From positions 27,357-91,356 of the forward strand of contig JAHEEE010000006.1 of NCBI GenBank assembly GCA_024640845.1: a DNA stretch of 64,000 nucleotides, read 5' to 3'. Below are positions 49,449 to 59,490 of this stretch, in pieces. The stretch comes from Myxococcales bacterium. GTDB lineage: Bacteria; Myxococcota_A; Polyangia; Polyangiales; Houyiibacteriaceae. The notes under the pieces were generated by a model. It was not told the DNA's origin. It ran no database searches and saw only the letters and a list, made by a program, of their open reading frames with translations. Position 1 is the stretch's first letter. The number at the start of each line of letters is the position of its first letter. The position numbers were made by a program, and so were the translations under genes.

Positions 49449-49895
49449 ATGCTGGCGGAGTTGTTGCACAAGGAGCGCGTGCGGGTCGGCCTCGACGGAG
49501 TCGACAAAGACGTTGCCCTGCTTGAGCTTGCGTCCTTGCTCACGCTGCCGGAAGGCACCGCGAACGCCGAGTCAGTCTACGATGTGCTCCTCGAGCGCGA
49601 GCGGCTCGCCAGCACCGGCGTCGGTAGCGGTGTGGCGATTCCCCACGGCAGGTGCGACGATTTCGACGAGCTTCGCGCAGCCGTGGCGGTGTACCCCGCG
49701 GGCATCGACTTCCAAGCTGTCGATGGGCTTCCCGTGAAGATCATCGTGGGGATCATCGGACCCCGTTCGATGCCGCAGAAGCATCTGGCTGCGCTTGCAG
49801 GGGTGTCCCGCGTCCTTCGCGACGAAGCCAGGCGTGCCGAGCTGATCTCCGCGCCAGACGACGCGCACGCTTACCGCGCGTTGATCGGACTTTGA
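49449..49895 (+). CDS. ptsN: PTS IIA-like nitrogen regulatory protein
   Basis: ERE.LASTGVGSGVAIPHGR, F.AVDG.PV and HL..LA. Confidence 0.9.
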   Translation: MLAELLHKERVRVGLDGVDKDVALLELASLLTLPEGTANAESVYDVLLERERLASTGVGSGVAIPHGRCDDFDELRAAVAVYPAGIDFQAVDGLPVKIIVGIIGPRSMPQKHLAALAGVSRVLRDEARRAELISAPDDAHAYRALIGL

Positions 49896-49934
49896 CGGGC
49901 AGACAGCAGCGCGTCGCTCGCGTATGATGCGCCC

Positions 49935-50933
49935 GTGACCCAGTCCTCTCCGCCCCACATCGGGCTTCCCAGCATGCGTGTGGAGCACGGCATCACGGTC
50001 GCGCGCCTATTGTCCGATCCGAGGCTATCGTCGATGGTGCGCCTTGTCGCCGGCCAAGACGGGCAACAACGCAAGATCGACCATCCTCGTGTTCAAAAGC
50101 CCGGCTTGGCGCTGGCCGGGCACATCCACGGTGTCGTTTCCACGCGAATTCAGATCCTCGGCGAAACCGAGGTCACCTATCTGGAAACGCTCTTGCCCGA
50201 GGAGCAGGCCGAGCGGGCGGCCGTCCTCTTCGGGCTCGGCCTGTCCCTGGTCGTCGTCACCCGGGGGGTCGAGCCGCCGGCGGCGCTCGTCGAAGCAGCC
50301 GAGCGGACCTCCACCCCGCTTGCGGTTTCGGAGGTGCGCTCGAGCCGCTCGATTCAGGCATTTCATCTGGCTTTGGATGGCATCCTCGCGCCCTCTGAAA
50401 CGCGCCACGGTGTGCTCATGGACGTCCACGGCATCGGCATACTGCTCCTCGGGCCGAGCGGGATTGGCAAGAGTGAGTGCGCGCTTTTCTTGGTTGAACG
50501 AGGACATCGTTTCGTCGCAGACGATCAGGTCATCCTCTCCTTGTTGCCTTCGGAGCAGGTCCTTGGCCGCGCACCGGCGCCCCTTCGCAATCATCTCGAG
50601 GTTCGCGGCCTCGGCATCATCAACGTTCGTGACTTGTTCGGCGCGAATGCGGTGCGGACCGAAAAGACCGTGCAGATGGTCGTGGAGCTCTGTCCTTGGA
50701 GCGACGAGGAGTCGTACGACCGCCTCGGGCTCGACGAGTCGACCGTGGAGATTCTGGGAATGCCCCTGTCGTTTCTCCGCATCCCTGTTCGTCCCGGGCG
50801 CAACATGGCCGTCATTCTCGAAGTCGCGGCGCGCAATCACATCCTGAAGGCCGCCGGCCACCATGGGGCCAGGAGGTTCATCGACAGGTTGATGGGAGAT
50901 CTCGAGAACCCGAGCTCGGAGCCGTCGTCATGA
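49935..50933 (+). CDS. hprK: HPr kinase/phosphorylase
   Basis: KPGLALAG, RIQILGETE, HGV, GPSGIGKSE, VADD, EVRGLGII and PVRPGRN. Confidence 0.95.
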   Translation: MTQSSPPHIGLPSMRVEHGITVARLLSDPRLSSMVRLVAGQDGQQRKIDHPRVQKPGLALAGHIHGVVSTRIQILGETEVTYLETLLPEEQAERAAVLFGLGLSLVVVTRGVEPPAALVEAAERTSTPLAVSEVRSSRSIQAFHLALDGILAPSETRHGVLMDVHGIGILLLGPSGIGKSECALFLVERGHRFVADDQVILSLLPSEQVLGRAPAPLRNHLEVRGLGIINVRDLFGANAVRTEKTVQMVVELCPWSDEESYDRLGLDESTVEILGMPLSFLRIPVRPGRNMAVILEVAARNHILKAAGHHGARRFIDRLMGDLENPSSEPSS

Positions 50934-51799
50934 GCATGGCGCCGCAAATCGTCGTGGTCACCGGGCTCTCGGGTGCAGGGCGCAGCACGGCGCTTCGGGT
51001 TCTGGAGGACGCGGGCTTTTTCTGCGTCGACAACCTTCCACCGGCGCTGGCCCCAGATCTTCTTCCGCTGGCGCAACGGGAAGGCAAGCTTCGGCGAGTG
51101 GGTTTGGGGATCGACGTGCGCACCGGCGCCTTCCTGAGCGGCGCCGAAAAGACACTTTCGGCGCTCGAAGCAGACGGTCACGATGTGCGAGTGATCTTTC
51201 TCGATTGTGCGGATGAGGTGTTGGTGCGTCGATTCAGCGAGACTCGCAGGCCTCATGCACTGGCGCGAGATGGCGATCTCCACGTTGCGATTGCAAGGGA
51301 ACGTCAGCGTTTGGCCGGTCTTCGGGCTCGAGCAGACATCATCATCGACACGACCGATCTCACTGTCCACGATCTCCGCCGCCATTTGATCGACTACATC
51401 GGCCGAGGCGTCGATCGTCCTTCGATGGTGGTGCGTCTGCTCTCGTTCGGCTTCAAGTACGGGATTCCAGTCCATGCGGATCTGGTATTCGATCTGCGAT
51501 TTCTGCCGAATCCCCACTTCGTGGAGGAGCTCCGCCCGAAGACCGGGATGGATCCGGCGGTCTCGGCGTACGTCCTCGAAGCGCCCGAGACGCAGGAATT
51601 TCTCGCCCGCCTCCGGTCGCTACTGGACTTCACGCTTCCGCAGCATGCCCGCGAGGGGAAGGCGTATCTGACGATCGCGCTCGGGTGCACAGGCGGGCGG
51701 CATCGTTCGGTCGCCATCGCTGAGGAGCTCGGGCGACAGCTTGGAGGGACGCACGAGGTGGTCGTCTCCCATCGAGATGCGGAGCGGACCCACCCGTGA
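50930..51799 (+). CDS. rapZ: RNase adapter / P-loop protein RapZ (YvcJ)
   Basis: TGLSGAGRS, CVDNLP, ETRRPH, SFGFKYG, RFLPNPH and GCTGGRHRSV. Confidence 0.95.
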   Translation: MSMAPQIVVVTGLSGAGRSTALRVLEDAGFFCVDNLPPALAPDLLPLAQREGKLRRVGLGIDVRTGAFLSGAEKTLSALEADGHDVRVIFLDCADEVLVRRFSETRRPHALARDGDLHVAIARERQRLAGLRARADIIIDTTDLTVHDLRRHLIDYIGRGVDRPSMVVRLLSFGFKYGIPVHADLVFDLRFLPNPHFVEELRPKTGMDPAVSAYVLEAPETQEFLARLRSLLDFTLPQHAREGKAYLTIALGCTGGRHRSVAIAEELGRQLGGTHEVVVSHRDAERTHP

Positions 51800-52074
51800 C
51801 GGAAGTGCTCAGCGCTCGCATCGAGGTGCCGAATCGCCTTGGCCTCCACGCGCGTGCCGCGGCCAAGCTGGTCAACCTAGCTAACCGATATGCATCGCAC
51901 ATCGAGGTGTCGAAGGACGGTCAAACGGCGGACGCCAAGAGCATCATGGGGGTTCTGCTGCTTTGCGGGCACCAAGGCTCGGAGCTCACATTCTCTGCGC
52001 GGGGCGCGGACGCCGAGGCTGCGCTCGCGGCGCTTCGAGCCCTCGTGGAAGACGGCTTCGGAGAGGACGCATGA
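51796..52074 (+). CDS. ptsH: Phosphocarrier protein HPr
   Basis: NRLGLHARAA (His15) and DAKSIMG (Ser46). Confidence 0.95.
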   Translation: MTEVLSARIEVPNRLGLHARAAAKLVNLANRYASHIEVSKDGQTADAKSIMGVLLLCGHQGSELTFSARGADAEAALAALRALVEDGFGEDA

Positions 52075-53765
52075 GTCGACCGTTGCGGCTGAAAGGGATT
52101 GGCGCTTCGATCGGGGTCGCGGTCGCCTCCGCGCGCGCTCTCCCGTCCGGTCGCCCACGCGTGTATGCGAAAATCGAGAACGCGGCTGTCGCGACGGAAC
52201 TACGGCGATTCGAAAAAGCGGTCGCCAAGTCGCGCGCTGAGATGGAAGCAGCCAAGCAGCAGCTTACGCTGCAGCATGGATCGACGTATGCGCCCATTTT
52301 CGACGTGTACCTGCTGATGCACGAAGACGCAGTCCTGATCGACGCGATCGCTGAGGCGATTCGAAACGACGCCATCAATGCGGAGTGGGCGGTGGCCCGC
52401 GTCGCCGAGCGCCTTCGTGCGCCGTTGCTCCGCGATACCTCTTCCTACTTCAGGGAGCGAGCCCGCGATATCGCCCACGTCGAAGAGCATTTGCTCCGGC
52501 ACCTGAGCGGCGAGCATCGCACCGAACGGGTTTCAGACGAGCCCGTCGTCTTGGTGGGGCACGATTTGAGCCCAGCCGATGCGGTACGGATGCTTGCGCC
52601 TCCGACTGTCGGGCTCGTGACCGAGGTGGGCGCAGGGAGCAGCCACACGGCCATCCTCGCGCGCACGTTCGGGGTGCCAGCCGTCGTGGGCGTTGGCCCG
52701 CTCGCGCGCGAGATCGAGGACGGCGAGGACGTGCTGGTCGACGGTTTCGCAGCTGAAGTGACCGTGGGGGTTTCCATGGAGGAGCGCCGCGAGGCTGAGG
52801 CGCGGAAGGGGCGCTTCGCGGCTTTTCTCGAAGGTGAGCGCCAAAGCACTGCAACGACCGAGGATGGCTTTGCGGTGACCGTCACCGCCAATGTCGAGCT
52901 TCCAACCGAGATCGAAGCGGCACTAGAGAGCAGTGCCGAGGGCATCGGCCTGTACCGGACCGAGTTCATGTGTCTTGAACGGCAGGAGCCACCCTCGGAG
53001 GACGAGCAGTTCGAGCTCTACAGAGCGGTCGTCACTGCCATGGCGCCCAACAACGTCGCGTTTCGCACGTTCGATTGGCGCGGTGACAAGCGGATCCGAG
53101 CGGACGATCTCCGCGAGCGCGAGCGCGATTGGTTGAGGACGCAGATCAAAGCCATTCTCAGGGCGAGCAGTGAGGGAGCGGTCTCGCTGATGTTCCCGAT
53201 GGTCGCGACCGTCGACGAGTTTCTCGCCGCCAAGGCGATCGTCGAGGAGAGCAGGGCGGCTCTCGTCGACCAGAGCGCGCGTGCGGCTGTCTTGCCCGTA
53301 GGCATGATGGTGGAGGTGCCCTCCGCAGCGCTACTTGCGGATCGCTTCGCAGAGCACGCTGACTTTTTTGCGGTCGGCACCAACGATCTTGCTCACTACA
53401 CGATGGCGCTCGACCGAAGTGACGGGGGCGCGTCCGCGACACCTCTCGAACCAGCTGTGGTGCGTCTGATCGCGGGTACGGTTGCCGCGGCGCAACGCGC
53501 CGGCATTCCATGTTCGCTCTGCGGCGATATGGCCGCGAATCCCATCGAGCTCGGTCTCGGTCTCGGTCTCGGCTTCCGATCCGTTTCAGTACCGGTGAGC
53601 GTCGTTCCTCTGGCTCGCGCGGTCATCCGCAGCGTCGACCTGAAGCGGGCCCAATCGGTCGCCGAGGAAGCACTTTGGTGCGAGTCGGCCGACGAGGTTC
53701 GCAAACTGCTCGACGAACACCTCGCGAAACACCTCGATCCGCTGTGGAAGGCGAGCGATCTCTAG
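52071..53765 (+). CDS. ptsI: PTS enzyme I with an internal deletion
   Basis: ERARDI, SHTAILAR, GIGLYRTEF, MFPMV, MVEVP, GTNDL and CGDMA present; NPxLGxR missing. Confidence 0.9.
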   Translation: MSRPLRLKGIGASIGVAVASARALPSGRPRVYAKIENAAVATELRRFEKAVAKSRAEMEAAKQQLTLQHGSTYAPIFDVYLLMHEDAVLIDAIAEAIRNDAINAEWAVARVAERLRAPLLRDTSSYFRERARDIAHVEEHLLRHLSGEHRTERVSDEPVVLVGHDLSPADAVRMLAPPTVGLVTEVGAGSSHTAILARTFGVPAVVGVGPLAREIEDGEDVLVDGFAAEVTVGVSMEERREAEARKGRFAAFLEGERQSTATTEDGFAVTVTANVELPTEIEAALESSAEGIGLYRTEFMCLERQEPPSEDEQFELYRAVVTAMAPNNVAFRTFDWRGDKRIRADDLRERERDWLRTQIKAILRASSEGAVSLMFPMVATVDEFLAAKAIVEESRAALVDQSARAAVLPVGMMVEVPSAALLADRFAEHADFFAVGTNDLAHYTMALDRSDGGASATPLEPAVVRLIAGTVAAAQRAGIPCSLCGDMAANPIELGLGLGLGFRSVSVPVSVVPLARAVIRSVDLKRAQSVAEEALWCESADEVRKLLDEHLAKHLDPLWKASDL

Positions 53766-54307
53766 TCCGCGCGCTTCTTTAGTCGCTCGACGAGCTCGAC
53801 CAGATCTCCCTCGCTCAAGAGCCCGGTTGCGCGATCGATCTCGTAGCCTTCCGCGTCGTACAGAATGAAGGTCGGAACCGCCTCGATTCTGCCCAGCATT
53901 GTCTCCCCGTTCTCGACCTTGCCGTAAGGGTTGGCGCCTACGACAAACGGCGGATCGAGCGCATAGGCCCACGCGTCGACGAGTTGTGAGGCGCGCGGTT
54001 GGGCGGCGACGCCGACGACGATTACCTCCGGATGCTGTGGCACGAACGGTCGCAACGATTTCAACGAAGCTTGGCTGACCGCATCGAAGGTCGCGAACAC
54101 GAACAGCATCACGGGCGTACCCCGCAGATCCGCAAGCTCGAGCCAACGCCCATCGGACAAGCGAATCCCGAGGTCGAGCCGAGGTCCGCCGTGAGTCTGG
54201 GGCGTGGTTTCTCGTGCGTCTTGCGAACCCCGCGAGCAGCCCGATGCGACCACGAGAAGCATCGTGATCACGTATATGCCGCATTTTCGAAGGCTGCTTC
54301 TGGTCAT
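53762..54307 (-). CDS. TlpA/ResA-like thioredoxin-fold lipoprotein without CxxC
   Basis: ASGC lipobox; DG..LELADLRG.PVML.VFATFDAVS and AVPTFILYD..G. Confidence 0.75.
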   Translation of the reverse strand: MTRSSLRKCGIYVITMLLVVASGCSRGSQDARETTPQTHGGPRLDLGIRLSDGRWLELADLRGTPVMLFVFATFDAVSQASLKSLRPFVPQHPEVIVVGVAAQPRASQLVDAWAYALDPPFVVGANPYGKVENGETMLGRIEAVPTFILYDAEGYEIDRATGLLSEGDLVELVERLKKRAD

Positions 54308-54345
54308 TGCGGTTGGCTGGGCAATATAGCAAGAACCCAAGCGAC

Positions 54346-55206
54346 GTGGACGCTATCCGTGAACGCTTGGATGCGCTACTCGCCGACTTCGATCCTGTGG
54401 CCACTCGCAGCCGCGATCCCGTCGGCTTCGTGCATCGTTATGCGCACCAACAGGATCAAGAGGTCGTTGGGCTCGTGGCGGCGACTCTCGCGTTTGGCAA
54501 TGTGGTTGCCGCTCGCCGAAGCATCGAGCTCGTCCTCGAGAGACTCGGTCCGGAGCCTGCCGCCTTCGTCGCGGAAGCCGGTGAGCAGGCGCTCCAGCGA
54601 CGGCTCGACGGCTTCGTACACAGGATCTATCAGGGGCAACACATCGCAAGCATGCTTCGCGGAGCCGGCACCCTTCTCCGGGACTACGGGTCCCTCGGGG
54701 AGGCTTTCGCCTCGTTTCATCGAAAGGAGCGCGACTTTCGCGAGAGCCTCGCCTGTTTTGCAGACGTCATTCGTGGAGATGCACGAGACAGAAGCGCGCG
54801 ACACCTCGTCAGCAACCCGCGGGCCGGAAGCGCCTGCAAGCGGTTGGTCCTCTACGCCCGTTGGATGGTCCGACCCGCCGATGGCGTGGATCTCGGGCTC
54901 TGGACGATGGCGCCCTCCGAGCTCGTCATTCCCGTCGACACCCACATCCATCGCATCAGCCGGAACCTTGGTTTGACGAGCCGCCGCACCGCAAGCTGGG
55001 TCACCGCACAGGAGATCACGAGCAGGCTCCGAGAGCTCGATCCCGAGGACCCGGTCAAATACGACTTCGCGCTCTGCCACTTCGGCGTCTCCCGGCAGTG
55101 TCCGAGCCGCCCGGTGCACGACAAGTGCGCGCGCTGTGTCTTGCAAGAAGTCTGCGGCGTATGGGCCGTGCACGGACTCGCGGCTTCAGCGCAGGAAGCC
55201 GGTTAG
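54346..55206 (+). CDS. TIGR02757/DUF2400-family protein
   Basis: DPV.FVHRY..DQEV, AFGNV, SACKRL.LY.RWMVR..D.VDLGLW, PVDTH and DPVKYDFAL. Confidence 0.9.
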   Translation: MDAIRERLDALLADFDPVATRSRDPVGFVHRYAHQQDQEVVGLVAATLAFGNVVAARRSIELVLERLGPEPAAFVAEAGEQALQRRLDGFVHRIYQGQHIASMLRGAGTLLRDYGSLGEAFASFHRKERDFRESLACFADVIRGDARDRSARHLVSNPRAGSACKRLVLYARWMVRPADGVDLGLWTMAPSELVIPVDTHIHRISRNLGLTSRRTASWVTAQEITSRLRELDPEDPVKYDFALCHFGVSRQCPSRPVHDKCARCVLQEVCGVWAVHGLAASAQEAG

Positions 55207-57771
55207 CTTCGGTTCTAGCGCGTGGAGAACCGACACGCCGTCGACGCCTTCGCCTCGCTCGAGGGTGTCGCCGTTGAGTTGTACGAGCTGGTAGTCCTGA
55301 AGCGCCTTGAGGGCGGTTTCTAGCTTGAGCTTCGAGAGTGACTCGCGGCGCTCGATCTCGCCGGCCAAGTACATCTGCTGGCCGAGCGCGAGCGTTCGTT
55401 TGTACCAGTCCTTCTTTGGAATCGGTCCATCGAGCACGATTTCAGCGCCGCGAAGAGCAAGCAGATAGCTCTCGAAGAACGTCTGCAGCATCACGGCGTA
55501 CCGCTCGAGACGGTGGCGCTTCACGCCTTCCGTCGCCTGGATTTGATCGTGGCGAATCTCGATCTCCCCGTCTTCGGCCATCGCGCCAAGCGTGTCGTCG
55601 AAAATCTGGTCGAAGGTTGCGTCAGTGCGGAAGATGAATTCGTGCTTGAAAAGCCGTGAAAGCTGCTGAACGCGGTCGTTGAGTCGAGGCCGGTCTGCCC
55701 ACTGCTGTTTGTCGACGAGCAGCGCAGCCGATACCAGGGCGCGAGGCACGAAGAAATGAATGATCGTGTTCTGGTAGTACTCGAGTGCGATGCGCCGCTC
55801 GGAGTCGATGGTGTAGATAGGCTCCGGTCCGGTATCGTGGGCTACGATGAGGCGCGCATCGAGGAACAGCGCGACCGCCTCGTCGATCGTATCCTCGCGG
55901 ATTCTTCCGTCGCCAACCCGGAGCTGATGCGCGACCCGCGCATTCATCTTCTCGAGTGTCTGCATCAGCGACTCGCACGCGTTCAGAAGCGATTCCCGGG
56001 TCATTCCGCGTTTCTGGTGACTGAGCAGCGCCGTCGCGACCAGCGCCGCGGGCGTGACGACGGTCACCTCGTTGATCGAGTACATCACCTTGTGGGCGAG
56101 TGCCCGGACCGCGGCGCGTTGTTGCTGCTCGCCGATCTCGGCGATCGTAGCGCCTGCGCTGCCCTGTCGCTGAACGAGATTACTGGCGAACTCGTCGAAA
56201 TCGATGATGTCGCCGAACTGTACGTAGAGCCTGCCCCACTTGGAGCGCAGCACGCTCGAGCTCTTGAGCAAACCACCCATGTTCTCCGACTGCTTGTCGC
56301 CTCCAGAAAGCTCGTGCACGAAGGATCGCTCTTCGATGATGCGCTCGTACCCGATCGATATCGGGACGAGCTTCACTTTCGTTTGTCGGAGCTTGGTCGC
56401 GGAGTCGACCACCATGGACAGGAGCCCGTACTTCGGAGGCAACGCCTTACCCGTCCGCGACCGTCCCCCTTCGAGAAAGAACTCGACGGTGAACCCTTCC
56501 GCGATGAGCTTACGCATATACGCCTCCACGATTACGGGATAGAGGCTGTCGCCGTGAAAGCTTCGGCGGATGAAGTATGCGCCACCACGGCGGAGCAAGG
56601 GGCCGATGGGAAAGAAGCTGAGGTTCTCGCCGGCAGCGATCAGCGGCGGCATCATCGCGTGTGCGTACAGTTGGTCACTCAATACGAGATAGTCGATGTG
56701 GCTCTTGTGGCTCGGGAGCAGTACGAGGGAGGCGTCGCGAGCGGCGTCGCGGACTCGTTCGAGTCCCTCTTTGTCGAGCACGACGCCGTCGTACATCTTC
56801 GACCACATCCAGGTGAGAAAGCGGTGCATGAGGTCGACGACGAACAGGCTCTGCTTCGCGCAGAGCTTCTGTAGCTGCTTGCGCGCGACATCCTCCGCCT
56901 TGGAGTACGGAATGCCCTTTTCCTCGGCGTAGTGCTCGATGTGACCTCGCACGCGCGGGCTTCTCAGGATTTCGTCCTGAATGCGTGCCGTCGTCTTCTT
57001 CATCGGGCCGATGATCACCGCGCGGTCGCGCTCCATCCGGCGGAGCAGCGCATATCGGACCTTGGCGGCCGCTTCCGAATCGGTGAGCTCAGGATTCTTG
57101 TCCAGGAACTCGCCAAGATTGAACGGCTCACCCGAACGAAGCTTCGCGTCACGGTAATTGAGCAGAAATTGGAAGAAGACCCGCACGCGGCCAGGCCATT
57201 GGACCGGACCGAAGAGGAGGTCGAGCAGGCTCGGCGTCGCCGTCTCGGGCTGCTTGCTCCAAACGAAGGTTTGAGGAACCAGGAGGATCGGCCGGTCGGA
57301 GACCCGCTGTTTGGCTACGAGCGTCTCGATGAGGTCTACGTCGAGATCGCGGCCTCGACGGGCCTTGGACCCGAGCTTGGGCGGCCTCCGCAAGAACAAC
57401 AACGCGCTAAACCCGTCACCGACGGTGCGCTCGAGCGCCTCGGCTTCGGGGATTTGTCGGCGCAGGCTCAGGCGCCGCTCACCTTTGCCAAACGGCTCGA
57501 GAATCCACAACCCGAGGTCGTTGACGAAACGCACCAGTGGCAAGCCGAACTTCTTCAGGAGGAAGTCCAGGCAGAGGAAGTCCAGGAATGACAGCGACCG
57601 CATCACGTAGACGACCACGCCTTCGCTCGCAGCCTCGCGAACGCCGCGACTCCAGTTCTCGTCCACCCGGATGTGGGCGAAAAACCGCCGATAGAGCCAC
57701 CGCAGGATCGCGTTGGGGGCGTAAGGCGCAGGCGTTGCAGAGCGCCGCGCGAGCTCCGGCAGGTTCGTCAT
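55186..57771 (-). CDS. plsB: Glycerol-3-phosphate acyltransferase (PlsB-like)
   Basis: PSHKSHIDY (HxxxxD), AAGENL, GAYFIRRSF, FLEGGRSRTGK and PISIGYE. Confidence 0.88.
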   Translation of the reverse strand: MTNLPELARRSATPAPYAPNAILRWLYRRFFAHIRVDENWSRGVREAASEGVVVYVMRSLSFLDFLCLDFLLKKFGLPLVRFVNDLGLWILEPFGKGERRLSLRRQIPEAEALERTVGDGFSALLFLRRPPKLGSKARRGRDLDVDLIETLVAKQRVSDRPILLVPQTFVWSKQPETATPSLLDLLFGPVQWPGRVRVFFQFLLNYRDAKLRSGEPFNLGEFLDKNPELTDSEAAAKVRYALLRRMERDRAVIIGPMKKTTARIQDEILRSPRVRGHIEHYAEEKGIPYSKAEDVARKQLQKLCAKQSLFVVDLMHRFLTWMWSKMYDGVVLDKEGLERVRDAARDASLVLLPSHKSHIDYLVLSDQLYAHAMMPPLIAAGENLSFFPIGPLLRRGGAYFIRRSFHGDSLYPVIVEAYMRKLIAEGFTVEFFLEGGRSRTGKALPPKYGLLSMVVDSATKLRQTKVKLVPISIGYERIIEERSFVHELSGGDKQSENMGGLLKSSSVLRSKWGRLYVQFGDIIDFDEFASNLVQRQGSAGATIAEIGEQQQRAAVRALAHKVMYSINEVTVVTPAALVATALLSHQKRGMTRESLLNACESLMQTLEKMNARVAHQLRVGDGRIREDTIDEAVALFLDARLIVAHDTGPEPIYTIDSERRIALEYYQNTIIHFFVPRALVSAALLVDKQQWADRPRLNDRVQQLSRLFKHEFIFRTDATFDQIFDDTLGAMAEDGEIEIRHDQIQATEGVKRHRLERYAVMLQTFFESYLLALRGAEIVLDGPIPKKDWYKRTLALGQQMYLAGEIERRESLSKLKLETALKALQDYQLVQLNGDTLERGEGVDGVSVLHALEPKLTGFLR

Positions 57772-57854
57772 CGCTGCATCAGACCCTAGCAGCGTGCAAG
57801 ATCGGGTCGAGTATTCGGGGTTTCGCCACCATTCTGCCTTCTTACGGGCTCGAC

Positions 57855-58427
57855 CTAGAACTGCGCGCGGATGATCCGACGTTGGCCTGGGCGCAAATCC
57901 ACCGCGTGACGCTGCTCCGCTCCGCCGAGCCTCACCACGACTACGTATGCGCCCGCGCTCAAGCGCGCCGCAACGCCGCTGCCGAGCGTTCCGATGCGCT
58001 TGCCGTTCTTCTCGACCGCAACTAGTCCCGTCCCGCGTTGCTCTCTGGCTTCAATTCGCACCTCGAGCATCGCGGTCTCGAAATCGACGGTGACCGGGGT
58101 GGTCTTCCCCGCTACCGCGACGACCTCGACGGTTTGGGCAGGGTTGTCGAGCGCACCGTCGAGGTGGACGATCACTTTGCTCTTGCCGGCGGGCACCGAG
58201 AGGATGCGCCTGCAGGACCCGCTGCCGACCGTTTGCCCGTTTTGCACGACAGCCACGGTTCCGTTGCTCGGCGACCCATTTTCGGTAACGTTGCATCGAA
58301 TCTGGGCTTCTTGCGCCGCCGCGCCGCCCGGAGTGCCCCAAAGGCCCATTCCGACGGCGATCGCCATCGCGGCAGCCCGAGAGCGCCTAGATGAGCCTCC
58401 ATCCCCGGTTTGCATAAAGATCCTCAC
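57855..58427 (-). CDS. Hypothetical secreted beta-sandwich protein
   Basis: Signal-like segment ending AAA-QE; two beta-rich repeats (VPAGK.KV.V; LSAGAYVVVV). Start uncertain. Confidence 0.65.
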   Translation of the reverse strand: MRIFMQTGDGGSSRRSRAAAMAIAVGMGLWGTPGGAAAQEAQIRCNVTENGSPSNGTVAVVQNGQTVGSGSCRRILSVPAGKSKVIVHLDGALDNPAQTVEVVAVAGKTTPVTVDFETAMLEVRIEAREQRGTGLVAVEKNGKRIGTLGSGVAARLSAGAYVVVVRLGGAEQRHAVDLRPGQRRIIRAQF

Positions 58428-58457
58428 GCCTTGTCCTTGTACCCCAATTCCGCCCGC

Positions 58458-58486
58458 TTGACACCGCTAGGGGCGGCGGCTAGGAA
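58458..58486 (+). promoter_or_regulatory. Putative sigma70 promoter of rplM-rpsI
   Basis: TTGACA-17 nt-TAGGAA. Confidence 0.5.
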
Positions 58487-58519
58487 ACGCGCCCCGAAAC
58501 CGGGTCTTAGGAGCGAATC

Positions 58520-58948
58520 ATGGCTACCCAAAGCGCCAAAGCGTCGGAGATCGAACGCAAATGGTATGTCGTCGATGCCGCGGGCCAACCGCTTGGCCGA
58601 CTTGCGTCGAAGGTGGCGCACGTCTTGCGTGGGAAGCATCGTCCGCAGTTCACCCCACACGTCGACACCGGTGACTTCGTCATCGTCACGAACGCGGCCC
58701 AGGTTCAGCTCACGGGCAACAAGCTCCAGGGCAAGTTCTACTACAACCATTCGGGCTACCCCGGCGGCCTTCGCTCCGAGAGCGCTGGCCACCTTCTCGA
58801 GCGCAACCCCGAGCTCATGGTCGAAAAAGCCGTGAAGGGCATGCTTCCGAAGAACAGCCTCGGACGCCAGATGTTCCGAAAGCTGAAAGTCTATTCCGAA
58901 GGGACTCACCCTCACGTGGCACAAAAGCCCGAGCCCTTTCCCCTCTGA
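58520..58948 (+). CDS. rplM: 50S ribosomal protein L13
   Basis: [40 protein letters not shown] and HPH.AQ.P. Confidence 0.98.
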   Translation: MATQSAKASEIERKWYVVDAAGQPLGRLASKVAHVLRGKHRPQFTPHVDTGDFVIVTNAAQVQLTGNKLQGKFYYNHSGYPGGLRSESAGHLLERNPELMVEKAVKGMLPKNSLGRQMFRKLKVYSEGTHPHVAQKPEPFPL

Positions 58949-58977
58949 TTCGAGAGATAACTGCGAGAGATTACTGA

Positions 58978-59385
58978 ATGACACACGCTAAAGTCATCGA
59001 CGGACGTCACTACGGCACGGGCAAGCGCAAGAACGCGATCGCGCGGGTCTTTTTGAGCCAAGGTGCTGGCAACGTCACGATCAACGGCCGCACCTTCGAA
59101 AACTACTTCCCACGCGAGATCCTTCGGATCATCGCGATGCAGCCCTTTGCGCTTCTCAACAAGCAAGGCCAATACGACGTGCAGGTCAACGTGAACGGCG
59201 GAGGAGTCTCGTCGCAGGCAGAGGCCGTGCGCCACGGCATCGCGCGCGCTCTCGTCCTCATGGATGAGAGCACCAAGCCCTCTTTGAAGAAGGCCGGGTA
59301 CCTGACGCGCGACGCTCGTAAGAAGGAGCGTAAGAAGCCAGGTCAGCCGGGCGCGCGCAAGAAGTTCCAGTACTCGAAGCGCTGA
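58978..59385 (+). CDS. rpsI: 30S ribosomal protein S9
   Basis: YGTGKRK.AIARV, GGG.SSQA.A.RHGIARAL and LTRD.R.KERKK.G..GAR..FQYSKR. Confidence 0.98.
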   Translation: MTHAKVIDGRHYGTGKRKNAIARVFLSQGAGNVTINGRTFENYFPREILRIIAMQPFALLNKQGQYDVQVNVNGGGVSSQAEAVRHGIARALVLMDESTKPSLKKAGYLTRDARKKERKKPGQPGARKKFQYSKR

Positions 59386-59405
59386 GCACTTCGCATTGCG
59401 ATTCC

Positions 59406-59439
59406 AAAGCCGCGGCGCCTTTCGTGCCGCGGCTTTCTT
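59406..59439 (+). terminator. Rho-independent terminator after rpsI
   Basis: Stem aaagccgcggc / gccgcggcttt with a tttctt tail. Confidence 0.75.
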
Positions 59440-59490
59440 GCTTAATGGTGTGGACGCGCCACAAGTCGGTATCAGGATGGAGATGAGCAA

